Source: Phoronis australis (taxonomy: Eukaryota > Animalia > Phoronida). Taken from it: a stretch of 64,000 nucleotides of DNA. The notes beneath the pieces were generated by a model that searched no databases, had not been told where the DNA came from, and saw only the letters and a program-made list of their open reading frames with translations. This document shows, in pieces, positions 48,961-60,973 of the stretch (position 1 is its first letter; each line of letters starts with the position of its first letter). The translations under genes were made by a program, and so were the position numbers. The stretch is from NCBI GenBank assembly GCA_002633005.1, contig NMRA01000475.1, positions 186,001 through 250,000 of the forward strand, given 5' to 3'.

Positions 48961-50573
48961 GATCGTTTGCTTCTGCTATAATCGTGCAATTCGGTTGAAG
49001 AAACGGTTCAGTTGCTTAAAGTTTTAATGTGAGTAAATTCCAGTAAGTACACACACCTGAACAAATGAATGCAAACAATTCTCACGCATGCGCGGCGCAA
49101 CCTCAGCGGCCGCGAGATCGGAGTTGGCATTCCAGGGCTAGAGTTCTGTGGTTTGAGGGATTGCTTCGAGTCTACGAAAATACCAGAGGAGTTCCGGGTG
49201 AGATCGTATTTATATATGTCAATGTTCTCTGGATAGCCCTAGCAACCACACGAGAGAAATGAATTACTTTACACACAAGCTTTAATTCATAGTGTGCACC
49301 GCATGAGAAAGACAATGCACGTGTTGACTAACATAGTAAAAGCATTTTCACGTGTCGTTCGATAAAGTCGCATGAAAATGAGCCCCATTCAACAGATCAA
49401 GTTAAATTTAATGAAACACTCGCCGTGGTCTCGCAAACAGGATCGTGTTTGCATGCTCACGTAATTTGCAGCGAGGTAGTCGATTAAAATTGGCACCACC
49501 TGGTCAGTAATGCTAATGCAGAATTGTCGATAAATGTTATATTTCATTTCTTTCAATTGCCACAGTCACCGAATTAAGGTTTTGAAAATCAACCCAGATT
49601 GTGTTCCGGTAGTTTCCTACCTGTAGCCCTGCCTCTATAAATACGAAACAAACAGGGCAGAGTTCACTAACGCTAGGACCTCGCTAAAATCTATCCAAAA
49701 TCACGTGATCTCATTTAAAATACTTGACGATATCTCACGTAATCTCGCGAAGTCTTGCTTTTTAGCGAGATCTTAGAGTTTATTTTAACCGAGCACCCGG
49801 ACATTCGCTGAACAACTATATTTTAATCAAAGCAGATAAGACACTGGGTCATTTAGCCAGACGGACTCTCTCCTGTTACTGATCGCGAGTGCTGCATTCA
49901 AGAGCCATAACATTCCGCCACTTTCGACAATGGCGAAATAAGCTTCGCAACAGTCAGTGTGCGACCTGAATAACGAGATTTTATAACATTCCAACCAGAA
50001 TCTGATGAAATTTCATGCATAGGCTCTTATTTGGAATGTGAAACTATTTGTCCTTATTTGGACTATGGTAATCAATAATGATAACATGTTAATTGCTCAA
50101 CAAATGTCAAGGGGTTAAAAGTGACATAGGAGGTAAAATAATTTTCAACGATTTAACCAAAAATCAAAGTTTGCTGAGTATTAATTTCACCAGAAATCAC
50201 AATTAAGGTTCCGAGACCGTATAATTGCTTTCATTTTCAGAACGTTGAGATCGGTGATTCATTTTTTATTTATTCCTTGGAAATAGTCTCGCTTATCCAT
50301 CCGAGGGAGACGAAACAAACACTACTCAGAAAGATTCTAGTCAAACTCCCCCAAGACGACCACTCTCTATGGTCGGTTAAAAATAATTTTTTTGGTGAAA
50401 GCTAACTTTCATTTCATCACATGGTTTGAAATTTTTACGTTCAAGTTTGATTATCGTCTCTGGCAACTTATAAAACCAGATTTAGTGATTTACTCTTTCT
50501 GGAATGTCGGAGTGTTTTGAATGATCCTTTACTGATATACTAAAAACTGAAAATATATAATAACTTTGCTTAC

Positions 50574-50815
50574 TTCTGCATTCGTACTTCACATGCAGAG
50601 TTTTAGGGACCCAAGCACATGGATCACCAAACACTCTATTGCTTGCTGGAACAACGCACTGTATGCGTCCATCACATCGGGCCTTCATTTCTTGAAGTGA
50701 TGTTTTAGCAAGGCAATTTTCACCATTTCCATAGTGCGCAAACGTGACGTCAACGACTGTACTGACATCACACGAAAGTGTAATGCTCGTATATTCCGTT
50801 GCATATGCAGTATAA
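50574..50815 (-). CDS. Exon encoding a SUEL-type (Gal/rhamnose-binding) lectin domain
   Basis: ttacag|T YTAYATEYTSITLSCDVSTVVDVTFAHYGNGENCLAKTSLQEMKARCDGRIQCVVPASNRVFGDPCAWVPKTLHVKYECR A|gtaagc; open frame with the FGDPC and V.Y.C motifs. Confidence 0.88.
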
Positions 50816-50981
50816 CTGTAAGAAAAATGGCGTTATAAAACTACAGATTACACCAACCTCATCCAATATCATATTCGTTAAGTTCTGAATGCAATAATCG
50901 CGCATATTAGTACAACACTAAAACCACGGCTCAGGCCTCTGTAACTCCGCACAAAATAAAAATGAGCGGCCAATTAAATGT

Positions 50982-51134
50982 CAGTGGCCGACTTAAAGGG
51001 GCGAAGGGGGCTATGGCCCCCTAAAACTCTCCCTGGTTCCATTTGGCAGTTAGAGGGTGCGAATGTCTGACTGGCTAAATCCTGGCTAATACTCTGCCCT
51101 GGCCCCCGTAACTCAAAATCCTGGATCCGCCCCT
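50982..51134. mobile_element. MITE related to the CAGTGGCGGATCT family
   Basis: CAGTGGCCGA...GGGGGCTATGGCCCC...CTGGATCCGCCCCT; related ends at 36915, 55447 and 56900-56950. Confidence 0.6.
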
Positions 51135-52271
51135 AAATTTATGTTGATTATGTTGCGAATGGTCTGCAGTAGGTCTTTGAAGCTATTTTAAGTAAAAGTG
51201 TCGCCCCATCTGGTGTCTGCTCTGTCTGGAAGTCCCACTAATTTGAAAGTACTTCCTTGTTCAGGCCTAAAATTTTGCTGCAAACGAAAGTACCCTTCAG
51301 AGAAAGGGAAATTGAGAAAAATCTGGTAGGAAGTGGTACATTTTAGCCACAATTTCTGGAAACTAGTCAAGCGCGTTGAATCTTGTCTTCAATCTGGGAC
51401 TGGAGCAGTGGTGAAATTTTTGTTCTGGGAGAAATATTCCAAATTAGCAATGTTTTAGTAATTTTTTGACATCTCGAGATTTTTCCGGTGGACATACCAA
51501 GGCAAAATCCATGGATTGTTGACTTCCCTCAACCATGGGAAAATCCATCGTGTATGTTTTATATAAGTCACATATGTTTGCCACGTGTCCTCAAACAGAG
51601 TGGTCTTTTGTTGAAACAGTTTGCGATGTCGACGAGACCAGCCACTCGCTTTGTGGTCTTAGCTCAAATATAAAAAGACAAACTTGTGCAACAAATTTCC
51701 GCGAAATCCGACACTAACAGAATATTAATAATTTATTGAGTGACAAATCATGCAGACATAGACACCGATTAAATTTCTTATCTCTACAGCACAGTGGCTG
51801 TTCACTTCTGAATTTTCTGCACGTCGCATTTAAGCGACCAATCGACAAACTGTTTACTTCTTTTACGTCACCTTGTCATGAAAAACAACCCCAGTCATGG
51901 AAGATTACGACCAGTGGGCAAATTTAATATTATTCACCAATCCAAATGTCACATGGATGAATGTTTTCGTCCTCATTCTCGTGAACAGCATTACATTGAA
52001 CACACGGTGTGTTTATTCATGTTGAAAATGACACATTTCGGCTAAAGATTTTGGAATGCCTATTGACCAGTCACGAAAAATCTGTGTTGAATGAGCAGCT
52101 CACGTGTGTACCGCACGCTGGCTCTGTTTCATTAGGCATTCACACTCTCTGCTTGTATGCCCCTCTTCCTGCTGTCACGTAAATTTCACTGTTTGTTTCG
52201 CTTCGTATATGCTCATCGCACTTATTTCCTGATAATGAGACATGCAGTCTCGAAATATAGCTAGTGTTTTA

Positions 52272-54800
52272 ATTTGTTTGTTTGCTGTTTCTGTTTCTGT
52301 TTGTTTCTGTGGTGACGTCAGAGGGTAGGCACCGGGATAGTCTCTGGCCATCCTCCTTCCAGTATCGCACGCAATGTAAATTTGGAGAGGCAACCAAATT
52401 CATGCTGGTTACACACTCTTCGATCTTTTCCCCTGATACGAGTTTTTGCTGCATCTCCGTATTGCCATCCTCGCTCTATAAGGCGCTTTGTTGCCCATCT
52501 CTCCTGCTGTTGTACAATCTCAGCATCTGTAAGCGATTCATGCACTCTGGAGATTCCATCTGCTGGTGTGAGGAGCAGGTCGGCAATCGGTTCTGCGATG
52601 CCTGCAAGCTCATCTGCCTTGACGTTGAATGAAATGCCACAGTGTCCCGGTATATAAACACTCTGGTGAAGAGACCATTAATAGAGCTGAACAGAGGGAT
52701 CCAGGAATCTTTCACATGACCAATTTTTAGGCTGTTAATGAGGCTGAGGGAGTCTGTAAGTAGAAATGGTCTGTCTGCAGCTGTTGTGTTCTGTAAGAGC
52801 CAGACTAGGGCGTCTTCATATACGTCACATTCAGCTCTAAAAGACGAGGATTTTCCAACCCGTGCTGTTGACCATTCAAAGAGGCGTTGACCCCCGCGAG
52901 TCCAAGCAACTGCTGCCCAAGCCGTAGTGTCATCTCTTACTGAGCCGTCCGTTGCAACAATGATTGTGGGAGGTTGTTCTTCAAGCCATTCCGATACAGT
53001 TGCTTGGTTGATACAGTCAGCTCTTTACCGCCAATGACGGCCTCCAATCTCCATGGTGTTGATGACAAAGTTTGTGGCTTTGGACCACTCTATCCTGTTG
53101 ATGTTCTCCACTGGACATACCTCTTGGACAAGCTCCCTAGCTCCGATAACCCATGATTGAACAGTTTTCAGCCTCTGTGCAGTGTGCTCATCACTATGCA
53201 CTCTCAAGTCCAGGTACAGAGGATGTGAGTTGGTTGTAGCTGCCTTTAGAAATGCTTGGGCTGCCAGTGTTTTCTGTTTAGTACGGATGCTATTGATACT
53301 TAACCAGTATTGGAGACTGTCTACCGGAGTGGGTCTAGCTGCACTGGTTACTATCCTCATGGCCTGGATTTTGAATCCTCTGTAGTTTGGTCATTGACTG
53401 TTGGGAGGCACATAGGCACAGATGGAGCCCATACTCTGTTCTTGCGCCGACAGTTGCATTCATGAGCTGCACCAGGCTCTTTTGTCGGATATCCCTTCAG
53501 TTTGCTGGTCTTTCATCAGCTTTGGAAGAACCACCATGCTGCAGTCTCTAAGGTCCTGGTCCATGGTTCCATCAACAAGTGAACTGTTTATGATCTGAAG
53601 GAGCTGGCTCCTCTCCTCTGGGCTCATGCTTTTCAGGTTAGAGTATTTAACTCCATCCGACCCGGGAGCCGAGTCTTTACTTATCGAACGTAGGGTTGCA
53701 TCTAGTTCTTCAAGTGAGACTGGTTGCTCATTGTTTTGATCATTCACTGTGCGTAATGCTTGCTGGACAATGTCAGGGCCATCTGGCTGCAGTTGGTTCT
53801 GGTATCTTAGAAGGAAAGCTTCGCCCTTTTCCTGGTCTGTAGCAACCGTCTTACCATTAGGTCCCTGGATTAGTTGAGGTGCACGTCCTGATCCGGTTGA
53901 GATTCTTTGCATTTCCTTAGCCAGATTCCAGAATTTGCTGGTGATTGATGGGACTCCGGGGTCAGAACTCTGACAGAAATTATCCCAAAGCATCTGTTTG
54001 TTCTTCAGTGCAACAGCCTGATAGTTAGCAACATCATCGCCGAATGCCTTGCGTCGCTCACAGATTTCTTCCTTCGACACCCCTTGCCTCTTGGCTGAGG
54101 TATACTCTTTGCTCCTTTGCATCTTACTACTCCAGACATTGTCCACTTCCTTCGTCCACCATTTAGGTTTGCGCCTTGAATTATTGGTTTTGCGCTTAGC
54201 TTTGGCCTCCTTCAGCCTTTTATGCACCTGCTGAACGACTGATTTACCCCTTGTCTTGTACTTGAACCCAGGAGGGTTTTTTGAGGGGACTGGGTCCCCT
54301 GCTTTATTAATGTGAATAAGAGCTGGTCTGTGATCACTGCCCATGAGGGGAAGAAGCTTCCAGTCAAGTTCAAGGACTACCTTAGGAGTGGCTAGAGTCA
54401 AGTCAACACATGAATCAGAATTTCCATCTCGTTCTGCTACTCTGGTGTTTAGGATGATGCAGTCCAGATTGGGTAAAGCTTTCTCCAAGGACTTGCCATT
54501 AATATTGGTGGTGGTATCTCTCCATAACGGACTACGTGCGTTGAAGTCCCCTGAGATTATAACTTTGGGTCCCATACCAAGCTTAATCCACATCTCTTCT
54601 GTAGTCATACTATCACATGGAACTCTTGTGAAAGAAAGGCATATCACAAAACTCTGTTGGAGCAAGTACAGGAACTGACACAACCTAATAAAGCTATTGT
54701 TATCAATGGAGACTTCAGTGCTAGGAACACTACGTGTTATGTACCCGACAACCAAGCCGCGGTCTTGAATCATTTGATATACTCCTCTCCAACGACTGTA
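52272..54800 (-). mobile_element. I-group (Ingi-like) LINE: AP endonuclease, internally deleted RT, RNase H
   Basis: GDFNARSPLW...GSDH (endonuclease); APGSDGV (RT start); IVATDGSV and YIPGHCGISFNVKADELA (RNase H); (AAAC/AGAAAC)n 3' tail at 52272-52310. The YADD core is not seen. Confidence 0.88.
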
Positions 54801-55739
54801 TTCAACATATAAATGAATCAACGCGAATAACAGGCACTTACATCACATTTTCACGAAAGACGTCGCTCTAGTCGGTTGGCGACCAGTCTTTCACATATGG
54901 CACATCACATTTACGAAATACCGCGAAAAACGGGTGATGAGGCTGGATCTCGCGAGATCATATCGGTTCGTATCCGCGCCAAATAAACCGCAGAGAAACG
55001 TTTCGTCATTGTTGCAATTTGAATGAGTTTTGTAGCAGTTATGACTAAATTCTTAAAAATGGTAATTATAATCCTTGTAGATGAGAAAATCCGTATTTGT
55101 TGACTCGTTTACTTATCAAAATAAACACTTATCTCCCTTGTCATGCATACTCGGGGAATTCCCTGTCAATGGAATCCCCGAGCAGAATCGCGACGAATGC
55201 GGACGATATTGGAGTACCTGTAGTATTAATTGAAGCAATTTTAAAACGAAAAACATCATTGAAACGGTTTAGTTATCACTAAGTGAACATAAAAGGTTCA
55301 CTGAGCGATTAAAATAAAACTAGCAGAAGAAGCACAGTTGACAGGTCAACTAATTGCACTTTTGACGTTCCCACACTGAACTGCAATTTATTTGCTTATT
55401 AGCCCTGTAGTTCACAAAACTTAAGTAGATCTGTGCCGTGCACTAACAGTGACGGATCTAGGATACTATAAAGGGGGTCCCAACATATTGCCTCGAGGAA
55501 TTGGGCAGAGCGCGGTTGTATGTGTACAGGCGTCCCGAAAGTTGCGGGGGCCCGGAGTATGAAGCTTCTGTTCGGGAAATCTATCGACTAAAAAAATTTT
55601 AAAAATAAAAAACGGGAACGAGAGCCCGCCACTATCTGGCGTCTGAGTCGCCACCCTTCTCCAGTACCGGTTCTAGTTATATTTCCTCACGCGTCGTGCT
55701 GTTGCTGTTTCATTTTGCTTGCGAGAACATCAGACTTCT

Positions 55740-56730
55740 GGTATACTGCTACAACCGTTCCATGGTTGTGCCTTTTCCATTGGCAGTATTTTCTACAAAA
55801 TCTGTGTTGTCAACAGCAGAGGCACCCTTCTTCAGGAATGGGGGTACATGAAGCCCTTCAAACTCCTTGTTTATCTCCATTACATCTACAGCTAGATCAG
55901 TTTCTAAGCGCAGGGAGCGGTCACGTGGGACACAGTATCCATGTGCATTCAGTAGTCTCATTAGTTTCTTGTTTCTGGTGTCATAATGGACAGTTAGAAC
56001 GAGTCCAAGGACTTGAGAGTTTTCTCTTGCATGCTGTTGCCTGAAGGTTGCTGAATCTATGCTTGGTTTGTACTTCACTTCTCGACTGTATTCAATTCAC
56101 CATGGAGGCGGAATCCAATAGAACCTTGCCTTTCTTGGATCTATGTGACACGTCGTTGATAATGGTTCCATCAAAGTCAGAAAACCGACACACACGGACC
56201 AATACCTTCAGTTCTCATCCAACCACCCTTTAAAACACAAACATTCTGTTATCCGTACCCTCCTGGATAGAGCTGAACGTTCCATCACTGACTTTCGAAG
56301 AAGTTGACCATGTTGAAAATGCTTTACGCGCTAATGGATACCAGGATTGGATGTTCACAACCCCCCCAGTCGTAAACCTATTGAAAAACTCGATGGTCCC
56401 TCTGTCGTTACATACTCGTCAGACCCAATGATCAAACCCCGATGTAAAAACATTGTGGGGTCATTTACCAGCTGACGTGTGACCAGTATCCCAACCACAA
56501 CCGTTTGGAGAAACCAAAAGACCGTTTTAACCAGATTCAAAGAACAACAGGAATTAGACAGACATACACTGCCTGTGGGGCAACACATATTTGCGACTTG
56601 ACATTCCATCTCCCTTGAATCATCTAAGATCTTTGTCAAAGGACAGAATTGGTATGCTGGCAACTTAAAACAGTCCATAAACATCAGCACTGACCATCCC
56701 GTTTTGGCAGTTCGTGGTGTGAATTGCTGA
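55740..56730 (-). mobile_element. Academ-like transposase fragment
   Basis: GLVLTVHYDTRNKKLMRLL..HG....R.LRLETDLA...VPPFLKKG..AVDNTDFVENTANGKGT resembles the Academ 'DNIDF.E.T..GKGT.H' region (recalled motif). Confidence 0.6.
56080..56400 (+). mobile_element. Penelope-like element RT fragment inserted in the Academ remnant
   Basis: IQFTMEAE....[44 protein letters not shown]. Confidence 0.85.
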
Positions 56731-57931
56731 CTAGCATACGCGCGCAACCAAAGGGGCTCGGGGGGCGAATGCACAATGCATAGGCCTTGAACAAACCCCG
56801 TTTGTTGTTTTTTTTAGTAATAAGGTCCACAAACCCAAAAATTCTACACCCCCTGCATCCCTACATTTTAGGCTGGACGCGCGCATGAGGCGAAATTCTG
56901 GTTAGTCCTGTGTCCTGCCCCCCAACTCAAAATCTTGGATCCGCTCCTGCAATTATTATCGTCTGCAACTCAGGCGCCGATTTCTCGGTAACTACAATAT
57001 CTATTGTGGTTATTTAACTACTTTCAGGAGATGTTACATCTTCAATGCACAGTTACAGTTGTTTTCATCGTTGTTATCTCTTTTTAAGTAAGAAATCGTC
57101 ACATTTAAAACTGTTTCTTTTACTGGAGAAAACTTGCAACCTAACGCGCAAGTACATACATATAGGGTGTGATCCGCCACGTGAACAGCCTGCGTGAAGT
57201 ATTTAAAAATCTGCCGAAAAAATGAAAGAAACTTAGGATTTCGAAACGTATGGGATAAATACAAAACGTACCTTGTTTGGCGTACACGAAAAATTATTCC
57301 GCGTATCGACTGAGACCGAAGGAATAATGTCGAGTGGGATATTACTTCATCTATGCCACTCTCGGTACTTTTTGTGTATTTATGTGGCATGTCACAGAAA
57401 ACAAAATGAAAGTGTGGGGATTTTGCCATTCTACACCTGTCCAATGAGACCTAGATAAACACCTGACCTGATGAGGGACAAACATTTGTTTACAACATAG
57501 ACCGTCTGTTTACAATTGAATTTGATTCCAAAATGTAAAAATATGGTGATTGTCTATTGTTTTTGACCACAACAGGATAATTTCTACATCAGGACTCAAC
57601 GCCAAAGTGAATGATTAAAACGAGAAACACAAAACTATTGAGCAGTTGATTCTGTGGGCTAGTAGTTGCAGGCATAAGCCGCGGAGACAATGTCAAAGGC
57701 AAACTCCGGCGTGATTGTGTATGGCCTCGGTTCGCTTTTTGCAAAAAATGGACAAAAAAGTGGAATTACAAGTATCCATGGCACTGCACTAAAGACTGGA
57801 ATTAAGGTTGAGATCTTGGCCACTTACCAAGTACTTTTAACGAGAAGAATAAGCGGGGAACTCGCTCAGTCCCGTCGTCGTGATTTTGCAGTAGGCCTCC
57901 GTGAAGCTTGCGACTGCAGCACACGGATTAC

Positions 57932-59891
57932 TACTGTGGCTGTAAAAGGACGGCACAGCAACTTTTTTCCGTTGCCAACTCTATCGATAGACTTGCTATC
58001 TCTATCGATAGACTTACTAACTCGATCGAAAGACTTATTAACTCTATCGATAGAGTTACTATCTCTATCGAAAGAGTTATTAACTCTATTGTTAGATTTA
58101 CTACATGTATCTCTATCGATATACTTACTAACTCTATCAATAGACTTACTATCTCTATCGAGAGACTTAGTAACTCTGTCGATGGACTTACTATCTCTAT
58201 CGATAAACTTACTATCTCTATCGATAGACTTACTATCTCTATCGGAAGACTTAGTAACTCTATCAATAGTGTTACGACATCGTGGTTACTACCCCGGTTT
58301 CAGTTAAAATGGAGGACCGAAACAAGTATATTGTCGATTTAATCAAGCTAGGACTGACTCAAAATGAAATAAAAAGGTACTCATGCGTCGTTTTGGAACG
58401 TCACTAAGCACAATGCAATTGGGACGTGTTTTTGACGGCGTAAAAATATGTCTGCTTTTGATGAAATGGTTGGTTTTGTTGAAGAACACGTCGCGGGTTC
58501 AGGTCAGATGCACGGTTATAGATTTATGCACCAGAAATGTTGTAACTGTACCACGAGGGACAATTTAACTGCCTTCTCTCGTGTCGAGTTGCTATCACCA
58601 GAGCCTTTTGATTTAATTTTAGTGTGTCTATTGTCACTTATTCATTTTGTTTTATCCTGTTCTCCCTTGAGGTCTTATAATAAATAATTGCTCATAATGA
58701 ATTTAAACAGTTAGTTCCGATGCTACACTTTTTGTTTATACATATAATGCCAGATGTGCATGTTTGCAGTGAAACGTAAATAGCAATTATTGAATACTTA
58801 TTTAGAAAAAATAAAACTCTTAAATCCAGTAACTCCATATCAGTCGATAAAAACAAGTCCCATAAACAGGCGGTTAAAACATGGTACTTCGACGCAGTGG
58901 TCGGCACACCTTCAAGAATGGAAGCTATTGTCGGTAGGTCTAATCTTCTGAAAGTAACGAAACGTTGACTCTTAAAAATCATCTCACCAACTTGTAACTT
59001 GGTTATAGTTACCACATTATCGTATGTATATCCATGTACATGTATATAACAAGAAATCATTATGCCAATTCAAATTTTGTTTAAACAAAAAGAACGACTT
59101 AAATCCATTTCACTACCTCACTCAGTGTGTATTTTGAACAAAATAATACGTAACACAACACATCAACTAATACATTATGAAAAGCTTGTCTACTCAATTA
59201 AAAAAACATTTTTAACAGTCTGTTCGGTGCCTACATATGAGTTCCTGAGCCACAGCAAAAGCTAACACACTGTCAAACTTAAAATCAACACGTGTATCTT
59301 GTTTATCCAGATACCAACAAACCCAGAACGAACTTACTTTTAAGAACAGTGGTCGCCAATTTTGATGTCCAACGGCACCTCCCTAACCAAATATAGGGTC
59401 AGTGCGCCCCAGAATAATGGCTGATACAGCCAAAATGAATTAGCCGTGCCTACGTCTGTAGTGTATGCCGAGACAAGTGGCCAATTAATATTATTACGTA
59501 GCTACCCCTGTTGGGAGGTATGACAGATATAAAATATCATGGGATTCGTACAAGATCATTTAATTGTTTAAATAACCGTTGCGCCTGTCTCTGTGCCTGT
59601 GTTGTGGGTCATGATACATCGCAGAAGAAGAGTTACTAAATTTATCGATAGGCATAGTAAGTCTATCGATAGAGTTAGTAAGTCTATCGATAGAGTTACT
59701 AAATCTATCGATAGAGATAGTAAGTATATCGATAGAGTTACTAACTCTATCGATTGAGATGGTGGGTCTATCGATAGAATTAATTAATCTATCGATAGAG
59801 ATAGCAAGTCCATCGATAGAGTTAATAAGTTTATCGATAGAGTTAGCAACGGAGAAAAAAGTTGCCGTGCCGTCCTTTTACAGCCACCGTA
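57932..59891. mobile_element. IS3EU-like foldback DNA transposon with arrays of 21-bp palindrome-containing repeats in both arms
   Basis: TAC(T/G)GTGGCTGTAAAAGGACGGCAC TIRs; 6-bp TSD GATTAC (57926-57931 and 59892-59897); internal remnant VEEHVAGSGQMHGYRFMHQK. Confidence 0.8.
57977..58270. repeat. Tandem 21-bp repeat (ACTCTATCGATAGACTTACTA), left arm
   Basis: About 14 units with a TCTATCGATAGA palindrome; inverted counterpart at 59630-59848. Confidence 0.9.
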
Positions 59892-60857
59892 GATTACCCC
59901 TACGCGGCGGCGAACGGGTGCGCATAAAATACCAAGCCGGTGAAGGCCGCGCCTTCACACGACTTGAATTTTGGAAAATTATTGAACGTTGAAATCGTTT
60001 CTCTGATTTCTCTCGCCGCTGAATATTGAGCACTCAACATAGCAGGCGTGAACTGTAAGCACAGGCTGTGGACAAATACCCCCGGATAGTAATTTGGCTT
60101 GGTGAAAGAAGCACGTTCGTCGGATCGACAGAAGCCACGACTTGTTGAGACAAAGAAAAATTCAAGTCTGGTTTTTGCGGCTGCAGAACCCAGCGCTTTT
60201 CAGTCGCGGGAACGAATGGGAATGAGGCGCGTGTAAACGGGGCAGCTCTCAACTTGTGTTTGTCCGACGGAGTCCAAGCCAACATCTGGGTCCGAAATCA
60301 GCGTTTTAATATATATGGATGCACATACTATAATCGATGAATTCGAAAACCAGTTTTCACAATTAGGAGTTATTCTTGTAAGAAATTGATGACGTTTCAG
60401 AGAACTTAATAGTTCCTACCTGAAATTCGGAAAAACCTCTATCATCCGACCACCAAATAGTACTGGATGATTTCTGTCTTTAAGAAATTGGTGTTTTTGT
60501 GAACTTTTACGTAGGTTGATGAAACGCGGCCAGTTCCATAATATGTGCCTCCAAGGCAGTCACCAGAAATACCGCGTCTGTTTGTATTTTTCTTCTGAAA
60601 TAATGAAGTTTTAGGAACCTGCGCTGGTTGTTATAAGAAAGAAATGCCTTTGTGAAATCGACCGTGCTGATCGGGAAAGAGAGAAAAACAATATCATTAA
60701 ACTGGTAACCAGAATCCCGTCTGCGTCACTTTCGTTTACGACTAGCCACCTATACATCCTGACCTCCCATTCTAAGTTGTAACGAATACTTAAGTTAAAT
60801 TACAAAGCTCCAGATTAAGTAAGCTTGAGCGTTGATTCATTTTAATAGTCTACTCAC

Positions 60858-60973
60858 CTATGAACGGTTTGCGCTTTTAGCCAGAATATGATGATAAATA
60901 CACGAAATAGGAAACAAAGACATGCTAGACGCATGCTATGTATGCATACGTATCGCTTTGTTTTTTCCGACAT
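60858..60973 (-). CDS. Leader (signal/anchor) exon, paralog A; probable first coding exon of the SUEL lectin gene
   Basis: MSEKTKRYVCIHSMRLACLCFLFRVFIIIFWLKAQTVH AG|gtgagtag; its phase-2 donor fits the phase-2 acceptor at 50815. Confidence 0.55.

Noticed and set aside
57465-57500. CTGATGA followed by a small hairpin (hammerhead?)
   Set aside because: No GAAA after stem II.
57977-58270. Regular palindromic repeats resembling a CRISPR array, and Leu/Ser/Ile-rich ORFs
   Set aside because: Head-to-tail 21-bp units with no unique spacers, mirrored at 59630-59848 as transposon arms; eukaryotic context and no cas genes.
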